Shown here piece after piece: positions 20,571-31,851 of a DNA stretch of 64,000 nt (position 1 is its first letter; every line of letters starts with the position of its first letter). The position numbers and the translations under genes are program-made. The DNA comes from Spirochaetia bacterium (GTDB lineage: Bacteria; Spirochaetota; Spirochaetia; DSM-16054; Sediminispirochaetaceae). The stretch covers positions 640,001 through 704,000 of the forward strand of contig JAXHMY010000001.1 of NCBI GenBank assembly GCA_034520965.1. Reading direction: 5' to 3'. The notes under the pieces are model-generated. The model saw only the letters and a list, made by a program, of their open reading frames with translations. It did no database searches and was not told the origin of the DNA.

Positions 20571-21907
20571 CTATTTCTTCTCATCCGGGGTTTCATTCTG
20601 TTTATCTTGTTTGTCTTGCTTGTTAGGAGCTTCAGCTTCCTGCCCATTAATAGCCTGCTCCGAGGAGTTTGGATCGAGATCAAGCTCCTGCTCTTTTTTG
20701 GTTTTCTTTGCAGCAGTGGAATTGGCCGCACTTTTTTGCTTTTTAGGCGCAGCTTTTTTGGGCTTCGCGGTTCCTGCAGATGTAGAATCCTCTTCACTTT
20801 GTACCATTCTGCGCAACTCTTTTATCCGGTTATTGTCAGCTGTAAGATCGTCCCTGATTTGTTCGACTTCCTGTTTCTCTTCAGAAATCTTTTTCTCCAG
20901 ACGGGCGATGTGCTCCTCTTTCTTCTTCATATCATCCTGCAGTTCTTCAATTTCCAATTCGGATTGCAGAGTATTTACCTTATCCTGGTGCTGTTGCTTT
21001 TGTTGTTCCAGCTCGCTTATTCGGTTCAGCACCATCTGCTGTTCTGCGTCCTCGGAGACCTCAGTGGAAGGCTGTAAAAGATACACCTTTCCAACCTCCA
21101 TCTGCTGTGTGTAGAGCCGTTCCTGCTGCTTCTTAATCTCGTTATCAAGCTGTTTTAAGGCTTTCTCCGGCGAGGCGCTGGAAGACTGAGCCTCAATCTT
21201 TTGATTCAGCTCTTCTTTCTCCTGAGCTAAAGTTTCTTTCTGCCGGCGGCGTTCTTCTCGGCGTTCTTCCTGTTGTTTTATATTGGAGGTAGCGCTGCGC
21301 ACCTGTTCATCAGGAATTTCTTCGACTTTCTCGCTTTTCAACAAGCTTTCACCCACATTTGTCAGAGCAGTATCACGCTTTTTCTCAAGACGAACTATAC
21401 CACTTTTCAGAAGTGTGATTTTTGCTCCTATTGGTAACTTCTGAAACACATTTTTCTCATCCTGGGCGAGGGATAAGCTCTGAACCGCGCGTTCTTTTTC
21501 ACTTAATTGTGCATCGATCCTGTTTATTTCTTCAAAAATTTCGTCGAAGTCTTCAGTTTTTAGAGAACCAGTACGATACACCCGATAGGCATGGGACCCC
21601 AAGCTGGTAACCATCTCCGACCGGCTTTTTTCAAAAGTCTTATCCTCTTCGTCCAACTCCTCCAGCTGCTCATCCAGCTGCCGCAATCTTTAAGGGCGCT
21701 TCGAATATCCTCACGGCGGTTTTCTTTGGCTGCTATTTCAGACTGAATTTCTTTCCCCACTCCAAAGGTCTCTTTTAGGACCTCCTGCGGGCATTCATCA
21801 TTTTGCAGTATCAAACGACCTAATTCTGCGGTCTGACGCTCGATCGTCACATCAAGCTCATCAATAGCACTTTGGTGCTCGTTGATCTCTGACTTACGTT
21901 TATCCAT
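20571..21907 (-). CDS. Long coiled-coil hypothetical protein, frameshift near 21685
   Basis: RBS plus ATG at 21907. E/K/Q-rich heptad sequence continues from ORF 21560-21907 into ORF 20571-21686; low-complexity tail. Confidence 0.7.
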
Positions 21908-21931
21908 ATATTTCTCCTCCTGAACTAATAA

Positions 21932-22309
21932 CTAAAGGACTCCTCGCTCTACTACTTTTGACATAACATAGGTAAGAAGAGATTCGTCCAACTCACTACC
22001 GAAGTCCGCCACAATTTCCCCCATCTGGCGCCATTGCTCACTACTGAAGGGATCACGGCGGTCATCAAAGGATTCCAGCAGCAACTCTGTAAGATCCGGA
22101 AGTATCTCTGCTTGCTGCAGCAGATCCGCCTCAGAGGGAGGCTGTGAAAAAAATATGACTTCAAACAGTTCATCCAACATTCCAACCGGAAGCCCCCCCA
22201 AACTGTATACAAAGTCCTTTTTCAACCTCGCTTTTTTTTCCTCTACGGACAGCGAAGGACTGTGTACTGTACTTTGAACACGTTTGTATAAACGATCACC
22301 TGTATCCAT
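21932..22309 (-). CDS. Hypothetical protein
   Basis: 125-aa ORF with GGGAG RBS, co-oriented with neighbours. Confidence 0.7.
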   Translation of the reverse strand: MDTGDRLYKRVQSTVHSPSLSVEEKKARLKKDFVYSLGGLPVGMLDELFEVIFFSQPPSEADLLQQAEILPDLTELLLESFDDRRDPFSSEQWRQMGEIVADFGSELDESLLTYVMSKVVERGVL

Positions 22310-22410
22310 TCGGACTCCCTTTGTAGCCTAAATCTTTTAGTCCCTTTAAATGTAATACCGCTGGAACTTAATCTCAAGGTAATTTTTTCATTCCTGGAGG
22401 TTCCGCTTTA

Positions 22411-23652
22411 TTAGTTTTCAAGAATCGTAATTTCTACTCGCCGATTCCTCCGCATCCCCTCGATAGTTGAATTATCAGCAATTGGCTCTTCGGCCCCTTT
22501 CCCTTGAGTGACAATTTGCTCCGGATCACGGATATCCCTATTTAAAAGGTAGTTACCAACCACCCGTGCCCGCTGCTCCGAGAGACTCTGGCGGCCCTCC
22601 TCAGTACCGGCTAAGGCCGTATGCCCGGTAATTAACAAATCACGGTCCGAATAACGTTTCAATATTTCGGCTATTTGATTGAGTTTTTGCTGTTCCCCCT
22701 CCAGCAATTCAGTAGAATCCGGGGCAAACTGGATATTTTCTAAATCTAGGGTTACCCCCCGTTCATCAACCTTTACAGTGGTATCTTTAACTCCCCCTTC
22801 TCGCAGCCGCTGTTCTACCTCTTCAGCAACTTTATCCCGGTCCATAGAAGTAGATTCGATCACTTCAGCCCGGGCAGTACCGGTAAACTCATACTGATCT
22901 CCTGTAGAAAGTGAGAAGATCATGCTGAACTGTTCGGTATATGCATGGGGGCGGCCTTTTTCATTATCCCAGTAGACCTGCTGATCTGAAAACCCGGTTA
23001 TTCGGACGGGATATATAGAAAACCTTCGAAAATAGTCCGAAGTCCGGTGCCGCACTGTATACTGAACTGAAATCAGGTCGTACTCTTTTTCGTTATACTC
23101 TCCTTCCTAGATAACGATATTTCGCTTCGAAGGGAAAACGAAGAGGTGCGGGAATACCATACCCGTTCCGTAAATCGTGTACTTCCTCCCCTCGAGCCGT
23201 CCAATCTTCTCCTACCGTAACTTCCCTTTCGGGGAAAATAGGCACATTCCGGACTACCGGCATATAATAGGAAGGATCTATATCGTAGCGACCCTTAGAA
23301 TCCCTCCAAAAGCGGGAGAAATAATTTCGATTCATTTCATACACAGAAACCTGGCCGCTTCTTTTCTCTGAAGTACTAAAACGCCCCTCTAAAAGCCCCT
23401 TTTCTTCCTCGTATCCTTAATTTCCACTGAAATTCGGTTAAGAATCTCCGCCTGGTGGCTGTACTGTCCATTTACATACACCTCTTCATCAACTTGTGAA
23501 AGAATCCTGTACTTATCCCCCTCTGAGTACTTAAAGGTAAACTCTTCGGCCCCAAGCAGAGACACTCCGAATAATAGTAGAATTGGGAGTATCCCAGTTT
23601 GCCTTTTCAGCTTAAGCCTTTTCCGGTTATTGCAAATAAAAAGCATATGCAT
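22411..23652 (-). CDS. Spirochaetal OmpA-family protein, two frameshifts (~23400, ~23100)
   Basis: C-terminal IQF..DS, ITGHT, LSEQRA, NRRVEI. Three consecutive ORFs; signal-peptide-like start after AAGGAG. Confidence 0.85.
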
Positions 23653-23677
23653 GTGCTCCTTCATTATTTTTCCTTTC

Positions 23678-23706
23678 TTGACAAACATATAGACTGCAGA
23701 TATCTT
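23678..23706 (+). promoter_or_regulatory. Putative sigma70 promoter
   Basis: TTGACA-17 bp-TATCTT upstream of the helicase-like gene. Confidence 0.5.
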
Positions 23707-23742
23707 TTAATATACCAATGTAGTGATTCATAGGATACCACT

Positions 23743-25333
23743 GTGTTACAATTTATCATGCGACACCATCCAACAGAAAAAGTGCAATCTTTGCTTACAT
23801 CAGCCGGTTACCACGAAGCAAGCCCTCTTCAAGAAGAGTATGTGCCCGCTGCCCTGCAAGGGAAAGACCTAATTGTGGAAAGTATTTCGGGCGAAGGGAA
23901 AACCGTTGCTCAATTGTTACCCTTCTTTCTCCAACCCAAAACCCGTAAAAAGGCTCCGGCTTTCCTGATTCTGGTCGATACCGTTGAAGCTGCCGGTAAA
24001 TATGAACGGGAACTTTCCCGTTTTGCCTCAGCAAAAACAAAGATTAAGCAGTCGGCAGTGCTTGGAAAAGAGCCCCAGGCAAAGCATGAATTGCGAACTC
24101 TTACAAAACGTCCTGGCCTTATTGTCGGCACTACCGGCCGTATCATTGACCACATCCGCAGAAACAACCTCCGTTTAAACCACCTTAGTACGGTACTTAT
24201 TAACGTCCCTGAAAACGGCAACCATACGGAGTTCGCCCGAGATGTGGAATTTATAATGACAAAAGCTCCCAAGAAAGTACAGACTGTTGTCTTCACCCCT
24301 GCAGTAGAAAAAGCAGAGGAACTTTCTTATTTGTTGAAACGCCCTGCTACGCTGACAGCTGCCGAGCGACAATCAAAACTACCGTCATTACACATCTACA
24401 AATGTCAAAAGCGTACCCCCCCCATGCTTAGTCAGCTGATTTTCGGTTTAGATCTCTCCCGTGTCCTGCTTGTTACTGCAACCACAACCGAATCTCGGCA
24501 AGTTCAGGACAGCTTACAACACAGCGGTATATCCTGCTGCCAGGTACTTGGGCATGAGATAGAAAGCGGGTCTCACTCAGCCCTGCAGGAGTTCCCACAG
24601 CTCCCTGATACGGAGCAGACAGTGCTGCGCTGTGAAATCACTACTTTTCAGGATGCACCTCGCATCCAGCTTTCAAGTTTTAAGGCCATACTTTTTTACG
24701 GGCTGCCCCAAAACCAGTAATCTGTTTGAAGAAATTGGCCGGTCAGCCGCATTACAAAGGCCTGCTCCCTCTTTTTCAATTTTAGTTTCCGAGGGAGAAT
24801 TCCAGAAATTAGAGACACTACAGGAGATACAAAAAATGAAAACCAAGAATGAAGCTCTTCCTGAAGAAGAGGAAGTTTTAAAAGGAAAATTAAAAAGCAT
24901 TGTTACTCAGATTAAGGAAGAAGAGAACCCCGAAGTATTGAATCGCTATAAAAAGCTTATTAAAAAAAGCGTACCCTTTCATTTACGCGGCTATGTAAGC
25001 GCCTATTTTTTCAAGAAAGCCCTTGAAGGCGGGCTTGAAGGCCAGCTCAGCCGGAGGGCACAACCGTCTTCAGAAATGCAGACTATTTTTGTCAGTATTG
25101 GCAAGAACCGAAAGGTCTTCCCCCGCGATTTAGTTCGGCTGTTCAGGAATAATCTTGAAATTGATCAGAGTGCAATTGGAAATATTAAGGTTCTTGACAA
25201 CTATTCATTTGTAGATATTCCACAAAAAGTTGCACAAAAAGCAATTGAAAAAATGGATGGTATGGAATTCCGCGGAAGGAATGTTACCGTAAACTTTGCT
25301 AAGAAAAAGGATAAAAAGAACACGTCCCGGTAA
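23743..25333 (+). CDS. Degenerate DEAD-box helicase-like protein with C-terminal DbpA RNA-binding domain, frameshift near 24708
   Basis: Q-like motif SPLQ, SGEGKT, GTTGRIIDH; FVSIGKNRKVFPRD...IKVLDNYSFVDI DbpA domain. The frames join as FYGLPKTSNLFEEIGR. Confidence 0.75.
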
Positions 25334-25358
25334 CGCGATGATTCACTAACGCGACAGG

Positions 25359-25394
25359 AAGGAGGCTGCACGAAAAATGCAGGCCTCCTTTTTT
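25359..25394 (+). terminator. Rho-independent terminator
   Basis: AAGGAGGC-TGCA...TGCA-GGCCTCCTTTTTT between convergent genes. Confidence 0.7.
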
Positions 25395-25408
25395 ATTGGA
25401 CCCTTTTC

Positions 25409-26620
25409 TTATACCAGGAGAAAGGAAAAAAGCACAAATACAAGCAGCTCTGTGATTCCAATACCCACGGCGAGGATGCTTAAACCCAGCAGTTCATATC
25501 GGACCGCCCGTTTCTCACACTCAGCAAGCAGTTGAAAGGGACTACCGGGTACCGCTATCATCTCCGCCATAGGGTCGGACGGACGCTGCAGTTCCTCGTT
25601 TGAAAACAGATAATACTTATGTCCAATCAACTTCCACGGAAGACTCGGCTTTATAAAATGAATGGATCTATTATCCGCTTGGGACGTCATTTCTTCTAAG
25701 CTCTGAAATCTCGTCATAAGGTACTGTTCACCAGTTTTCAGGAGAGCGGCCTGCCTTAAATTCGAATTTGATTCAAAACTTTCTTTTTGATGGTGAAAAT
25801 GCATAAGAGGCACTCGTATAAGATCGCGCTGAGCGCGCAGAACTCTCCCTCTTTTCCAAAGGCCGCGGTAGTAATAATAAAACAGCACTGCAGGAGGGAA
25901 TAAAGGCACCACCGGAATCAAAGAGAGAGAAAGAGCTATTATTGCCGGTAAAAGCAGTTTGGGAAAACTCATAAGGATGTAAAAATAGATAAACAATGAA
26001 AAAGAGCCAAGAATCAGTGAACCGGGAGTTAAGGAGTTCCAATACTCGTTCTTTTGTCGGCCGCTCCATACCGCCCGAATTATTATATCTTGCGGCTCGC
26101 CCTCGTAAATGATAACCAACAAAGGATGCTCAGCACTGTTCTTAAACACGCCACGCTTGTCTCGCCATTCCAGTTCACCACTTAAAAAAACCTGTGTGTA
26201 CTCCGGCAAGGAGGAAATCTTTTCCCACAAGACCTTCCGGGGGGGTTGAACAGGGTACTCCCTGTATCCACTCTCCACCCAGGAACTCTCCTCAGAAAGG
26301 ATATACACAAAGACCCGCTCCAAATCGGCACTTGCCGAAACCTTCCCGTCGGAAACCCAAATAGTGTTATCACCCTGCATAGCCTGTAGATGTCCAAAAA
26401 AACGGTATTTTCGCTCCTCTGCACAACTTTCAGCTTCCGCTTTTCGCAATTCCTTGTAATCCAGAGGAGTGTAAATTGCAGACTCAGTAAGGCTGCGGCG
26501 AAACCTACGCCAACTTCTTCTGATAGCAAAAGCACCAATTCCGGGTATGAAGACATAGAATAGCAGGGCAAAGAACAGAATACCTAACAGATGTAACAAA
26601 ATTAGTGGTTGCAAAAGCAT
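25409..26620 (-). CDS. Hypothetical membrane protein
   Basis: 403-aa ORF with about 4 hydrophobic segments. Confidence 0.75.
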   Translation of the reverse strand: MLLQPLILLHLLGILFFALLFYVFIPGIGAFAIRRSWRRFRRSLTESAIYTPLDYKELRKAEAESCAEERKYRFFGHLQAMQGDNTIWVSDGKVSASADLERVFVYILSEESSWVESGYREYPVQPPRKVLWEKISSLPEYTQVFLSGELEWRDKRGVFKNSAEHPLLVIIYEGEPQDIIIRAVWSGRQKNEYWNSLTPGSLILGSFSLFIYFYILMSFPKLLLPAIIALSLSLIPVVPLFPPAVLFYYYYRGLWKRGRVLRAQRDLIRVPLMHFHHQKESFESNSNLRQAALLKTGEQYLMTRFQSLEEMTSQADNRSIHFIKPSLPWKLIGHKYYLFSNEELQRPSDPMAEMIAVPGSPFQLLAECEKRAVRYELLGLSILAVGIGITELLVFVLFSFLLV

Positions 26621-26647
26621 ATGTTTTACCTTACTCTAATACCTACC

Positions 26648-27315
26648 ATGGTCGATAGAATAGTTACCGGATTAATGAACACTAACACCTATCTCTTTTC
26701 TCACTGGAAGAAGGGATGTATTATTATTGATCCCGCCGGTAATGTTGATGAAATCATATCACACATCGAAATAAAAAACTTTACACCTTTGGCAATAATC
26801 TGCACCCATGGGCACTTTGATCATATTGCAGCCATCGCCCAGCTGCGCGATTACTTCCAACCGAAAGATGTTGAACTACCTATTTACATTCATAGCTTTG
26901 ATAGTAATTATTTCGGCGAAAATGGGCGAGAACAACACCTGCAGGACCTCTCACAGCTGGGAGCAGAGTTTCACCCCCTCTTTCACAGCTTCTTAGAAAA
27001 TTTGCCGGAAGCCGATATTCTCTTGGAAGAAGGGCAGCTTATCCTGGACACAGACCTACAGGTCATCCACACTCCGGGTCACACTCCGGGAGGTATCAGT
27101 ATATATTCAGAAAGTGATCTAATTTTGTCTTCTCGGGGGATACACTGTTTTTTGAAGGAGTTGGCCGTACCGATCTTCCCGGAGGCGACTCCGACCAGCT
27201 TCGAAGCAGTATCCTGGATAAATTGTTTACCCTGCCCGACGAAACCCGTGTATTTCCAGGTCATGGTCCTTTCACAACCATCGAACGAGAAAAGAATCAC
27301 AACCCATTTCTTTAA
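26648..27315 (+). CDS. MBL-fold metallo-hydrolase (glyoxalase II-like), frameshift near 27125
   Basis: THGHFDH, HTPGHTPG; the shifted frame gives FSGDTLF...GRTDLPGG...PGHG...NPFL*. Confidence 0.9.
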
Positions 27316-27317
27316 TT

Positions 27318-27743
27318 TTACGCACTTAAGCTGAAAACAATCCCCTGCATCCCGCCAAGCTTCCCATATGAAGGCTCGAGTTGAGTAAAAGAGTGCAGCC
27401 GGTCGGCATTTCCCTGCAAAAAGGTACTAACATTTTCACTATCTGCAGTAGATTTCGAGGCTTCCAGGGATGCAATCATCGAATCAATGCGTGCCCTCTG
27501 TTCACTGTTTCCGGAAGAGGATTTAATACTGACAAGCCTGTCTATTACCTTGTCAATAATCCGCAGTTTCGATAGAGAAACCCCCTTATCTCCGCTGGCG
27601 GGAATCCCTGTAACGTGCTTAAAATGAGCGTATATTGCCTGATTTGCTTTCACCGGAAATGCGATTCTGCCGCTGCTGTAGCGGGCCCGCATCAGATACG
27701 AAGGATTGACAGTGGGCTGTGTTGAATTACTTAACACCTGCAT
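27318..27743 (-). CDS. Hypothetical protein
   Basis: 141-aa ORF with GAGG RBS. Confidence 0.7.
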   Translation of the reverse strand: MQVLSNSTQPTVNPSYLMRARYSSGRIAFPVKANQAIYAHFKHVTGIPASGDKGVSLSKLRIIDKVIDRLVSIKSSSGNSEQRARIDSMIASLEASKSTADSENVSTFLQGNADRLHSFTQLEPSYGKLGGMQGIVFSLSA

Positions 27744-27827
27744 AATTTTACTTCCTCATTATTAATAATCGGTAAAAATGGGAAGTCTTTAACTATTTTT
27801 TAGAAGGAAATATATCTATGCCGACAG

Positions 27828-28190
27828 TTAGCGATTACGTCTCTCGTCATTATTTTTGCAATCGATACACATCAAAGCGTAAGGGATAGCCTCTAGACGC
27901 TCAATCTTTATCTTCTTGCCGCAGCGCATGCACAAACCGTATCGGCCGTTTTTTATCCGGGAAAGGGCTGAATCAATCAATCGCATCCGTTTAATATCTT
28001 GCTCGTTCAGTGCTTCGAGTGTCTTGCGGTCGATATCATCCGCGGCAATGTCCGCCAAATCCTTTGGATCGAGGTCGTCAATCAACGATTCAAAATCTTG
28101 ACTTTCAGATATTAGCGAACGGACAATCTCTTCCTTCATTTCATGCAGTTTTGTCTGCATCTGTGCTTCAAATTTCTTATCCATATGCAT
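27828..28190 (-). CDS. dksA: TraR/DksA family transcription factor
   Basis: DLADIA coiled-coil tip; YGLCMRCG...RLEAIP...CIDC zinc finger. Confidence 0.88.
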   Translation of the reverse strand: MHMDKKFEAQMQTKLHEMKEEIVRSLISESQDFESLIDDLDPKDLADIAADDIDRKTLEALNEQDIKRMRLIDSALSRIKNGRYGLCMRCGKKIKIERLEAIPYALMCIDCKNNDERRNR

Positions 28191-28229
28191 TCACCTCGCC
28201 CCGATATGTATCCCTTCTGTGAGCATGTG

Positions 28230-28258
28230 AATATGACGCATATGATGAAAAAAGTCAA
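28230..28258 (-). promoter_or_regulatory. Putative sigma70 promoter for dksA
   Basis: TTGACT-17 bp-CATATT on the minus strand. Confidence 0.45.
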
Positions 28259-28262
28259 CTAG

Positions 28263-28394
28263 TTTAGGTTCTTTCAAAATTAACATTTTGAAAGAACCTA
28301 AATATAAGGTCGTATGATTAATTATTTATAAGATAAATAATTAATCATACTAAAAGTCTTGGCACTTCAAAAATCTTTGATTTTTGGAAGTGCC
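28263..28394. repeat. Triple-hairpin element, MITE/REP-like
   Basis: Perfect 18-bp stems at 28263-28302 and 28312-28350; 15-bp stem with one bulge at 28361-28394. Confidence 0.85.
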
Positions 28395-28398
28395 TGAG

Positions 28399-28427
28399 TT
28401 GACATTTCAACGCTATTTCTCTACTAT
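28399..28427 (+). promoter_or_regulatory. sigma70 promoter for infA
   Basis: TTGACA-17 bp-TACTAT. Confidence 0.7.
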
Positions 28428-28456
28428 GATTACCAATAGAAAATGAGGGAGAATAC

Positions 28457-28675
28457 GTGGCAAAAGAAGAGGCAATTGAAGTAGAAGGCATAGTTAAAGA
28501 ATCTCTTCCCAATACTATGTTCCGTGTTGAGCTGGACAATGGGCATCTCATTCTGGCCCATCTTTCGGGCAAAATGCGAAAACACTACATCAGAATTGTT
28601 CCTGGTGATAAAGTAAGGGTCGCCCTGTCACCTTACGACCTTACCCGTGGTAGAATTATTTATCGCGAACGCTAA
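28457..28675 (+). CDS. infA: Translation initiation factor IF-1
   Basis: [11 protein letters not shown]...[10 protein letters not shown]...SGKMR...[12 protein letters not shown]. Confidence 0.98.
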   Translation: MAKEEAIEVEGIVKESLPNTMFRVELDNGHLILAHLSGKMRKHYIRIVPGDKVRVALSPYDLTRGRIIYRER

Positions 28676-29145
28676 TCGCGTGTCTTAATAATAACCCAAG
28701 TAGCTCCGGCGCCACCTTTTTCACGCCGCGGAGTTCCCAATTCACCGGCAATCGGCGATTGTTGCAAGTATTCTAAGACAGCCTTAGGTAGAACCGCTTT
28801 TCCCTTTGAATGGTTACCCTTCCCATGCACAATCTGGACCTTACGCAAACCCCTCTGAACCGCCTCATTGAGGAACTGTTCAAGTCTGGTAAGCGACTGT
28901 TCCAGATTCAATCCATGCAGATCAATCTCATCTTCAGGCTCCAGTTTACGCAAATGCTCCCGCGCGGCTATCGGATCGATGTACTCCTCGGAAGGTCCCT
29001 TGTCGTAATACTTCCAGTTTTTTTCCGAATCAATCCACCGCTCGAGGGTCTGCTTGCATTTATCCGCAGTATCCCCGTTGGGGTAGTTTGAATGGCTCTT
29101 ACTCTTTCCCCTTTCCCACTCTTCGAGAATCTGCGCAAAATCCAT
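28672..29145 (-). CDS. Smr domain protein
   Basis: [20 protein letters not shown]. Confidence 0.92.
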   Translation of the reverse strand: MDFAQILEEWERGKSKSHSNYPNGDTADKCKQTLERWIDSEKNWKYYDKGPSEEYIDPIAAREHLRKLEPEDEIDLHGLNLEQSLTRLEQFLNEAVQRGLRKVQIVHGKGNHSKGKAVLPKAVLEYLQQSPIAGELGTPRREKGGAGATWVIIKTRD

Positions 29146-29206
29146 GATAATCTCCTTAGGTGAAGTGAGCGTCTTTACTATAAGAACAGCACAGCTATTG
29201 CTGTTG

Positions 29207-31248
29207 TTACAGTTTCTCGGACAGTTTTTTTAAACTAGGTATGGAAATTATATCTTCCTTTAAGACCCATCCCTTGCGTCCCAGTCCCGTTTCAATAAAA
29301 AAGAACTCTTCAGCGGCTCCCTTAATCTTCACAAGCTCACCCTCTTTCACAGTAAAGGCATCTGAAGATTCTATGTGGGGAATTTTTTTTACTGCCGGCA
29401 TTGATTCATCCGCTGTAGCTATTACCCCGACTTCTTGACTGGATTGTACGACCGAATACAACAACCCAATTCCCATTACAATACTTGCCAATAACATGAA
29501 AGATGCAACAATAAAAAAGCCGTTTTTTTGTCTAAAGAGATAGATTATCCCCATAAAACCGGCTCCGTTGATGAATAGCGTTAACAACAACAAGAACAGA
29601 TCAGGATGAAACGGAAAGGGAGGTTCAATATCGGTGGTGATACCATGTTCCTGGGATATATAATCCAGAAAGGCTGCATAGGTCTCGTTCATTGGCTGAA
29701 TAGTCAATGCTGTTCGAGCATATACTACCGCCGACCCGATATCGCCTTTCTGAAAAGAGGAAAGAGCAGCATTATACCGCAAGTCCGGAACTTCAGGCTG
29801 CTCTCGTGCGGCCTGAAGATATAATGCTTCCGCAAGGGCAAACTCCTCTTGATTATATGCCTCTCGGGGCATCTGATAGTATCCTACCAAGGTTTCGTTG
29901 CTGCAAACTCCACAGCTCCGAAAGAGAAGAATAGAGACCAGAGAAGCCCAGTAGGACAAGTCTTTTCCGGCGAGTATATAGAAGAAAAGAAAAACAGGAG
30001 CGGACCCGGCAGCATCCACCCATATGAGGCAATTTGTGTAAATCGAATGGAAATTTCACTCGTCCGCATAGAGCCGATTGATCGGGGAACAAATCCAAAT
30101 CCGGTGGTATCCAGCTCTTCGGCAGCTCCCCTTCTTTCAGGTATAATCTCAACAGGAAAGGTAAAAGAACGTGTAGAGTAGACTCTACCGGATGCCGGCT
30201 GTACGGCCTTTAAAGAGGTAACTGTTAGCCTTTTCTGCCCCGGCTCTTCAGCTGCCAGGGAATAGGTGTAGGTCCGGCTGCCCCTGTACCCATTCTGTGT
30301 GGGAGTGTAGTCGGAACTCTCCTCGACCTGCAGCTGTGTAAAGCCATCTAACTGTATATCTGGAAACTGCAGATAATTCAGATTACCGGTACCCTCCACT
30401 CGAACCGTAAGCGATACTCGATCCCCCTGTCGGACTTCACCCTTTTCAATTTCCGCCGACAAGCTGAAATCTCCCACGGCTCCACTCGCCTGGACAGATT
30501 CCGGTAACGGAAGCACCTGTATCACCGGACGACCGGAGACAGCCTGTCCATGGGTGTAGCTCACCCGTGCTTGCGGCAAGGCTATACTTCCCGGGGAAGA
30601 CGGAGTAAATATATAGCCGGCCACCGGTATTTCATACAAGGTTTCACCGCCGCGGCGCTTACGATTGATACTTCCAAGCCCTTCCGCCATTTGAAAAAAA
30701 CCTTCCGAAGGCGAACCTACCGATATACCCTCGAACATACTAATCTCAGGCTGTTCAAGTGCATTTAGTACGCTCACCACATTCTGCCCCACATATGCGG
30801 TCTCAGCAGAAATGCTCCACTCAAGCTCGAGCGGAATAATAAGCTGCTGATTTCTATAGACACCAACCTCAAGCAGCTGAGGCTCTGTGGTATAGACTCT
30901 CTCAACTCCAGTAAGCCTATAGGGACCAATTTCATAACGGCCTGTGTCGTCGGAGCGGTATATATATGTGATTTCTGTGAGGGTTCTACGCTCACCTGTA
31001 GAACCGGATGTATATACAGGCCGAATATAGGGCCCCCGCAGCAGCATAATAGCATCGTCAAAACCGGGCTCTTCAACCTCTACCATTGAGGAGTCCTCGA
31101 CGGGAACCCGAATAGTCACACTAAACCGGTCTCCCCGTCCTACAGGGTTTGGACTGACCTCAACCTGAACTTCACTCCCAGTCTGGGCTTGAAGAAACGC
31201 GGCAGTAAAGAATAAAACTACAAGCTGTACAAATATCAGTTTATGCAT
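29207..31248 (-). CDS. batD: BatD-like protein with C-terminal TPR/SH3 (BatE-like) part, frameshift near 29970
   Basis: AYVGQ, GAVGDFSL, VEGTGNL. Downstream ORF has TPR (YNAALSSF) and SH3-like GWV. Operon context. Confidence 0.75.
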
Positions 31249-31251
31249 AGG

Positions 31252-31851
31252 CTACCAATCTTTACCGGCGGGTGACTGTTCGGCATCATGATCCGGACTT
31301 AGCAGTGTAGGTGAACTGCGCTTGACATACTCAAGAATACGACCGGCATCCTCACTTACCTCCTCCGAATCCTGTGGATTTTCGGGCGACACACGGGCAT
31401 TTTGCTCTTCCTCAGAAAGATTCAACTTTCGCAGACAGTACTCTAAGTTCGCCTTTGTCTCTAGGTCTTCCGGATTCAGTCGTAGGGCCTCTCGAAAATT
31501 GTTATATGCATTTTGGTAGTTTCCCCTTTCGTATTGAATTACTCCCCGGTTAAAGGCGATTCGGAAAAGTAACTCAGGATCCCTGCTCGCCGCGACAGAA
31601 CTTTGCCATTCCTCTACAGCCGCCTCAGATTCGCCTAAAGAGTGGTATACGTTCCCAAGGTTATACAAAAGACGGTCGGAATATTGGGCAGCTTTCAAAC
31701 TCTGAATATATACCAAATTCGCCTCCTTATACTCGCCCCGGGAAAAGGCATAGTTTCCCTCAATAACCTTCACATAACTTTCAATCGGTGTACATGAGCT
31801 CAGCATCAACAGTAAAAGTATATTTCCGGCAACTAATATGTTCCGCGCCAT
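31252..31851 (-). CDS. batC: TPR protein, BatC-like
   Basis: YNLGNVY, ALRLNP...ANLE, C-terminal KDW. Confidence 0.8.
   Translation of the reverse strand: MARNILVAGNILLLLMLSSCTPIESYVKVIEGNYAFSRGEYKEANLVYIQSLKAAQYSDRLLYNLGNVYHSLGESEAAVEEWQSSVAASRDPELLFRIAFNRGVIQYERGNYQNAYNNFREALRLNPEDLETKANLEYCLRKLNLSEEEQNARVSPENPQDSEEVSEDAGRILEYVKRSSPTLLSPDHDAEQSPAGKDW

Noticed and set aside
20473..21114. 213-aa plus-strand ORF and many other antisense ORFs in the track
   Set aside because: Shadows of well-supported opposite-strand genes; Ser/Cys/Phe-rich composition and no motifs.
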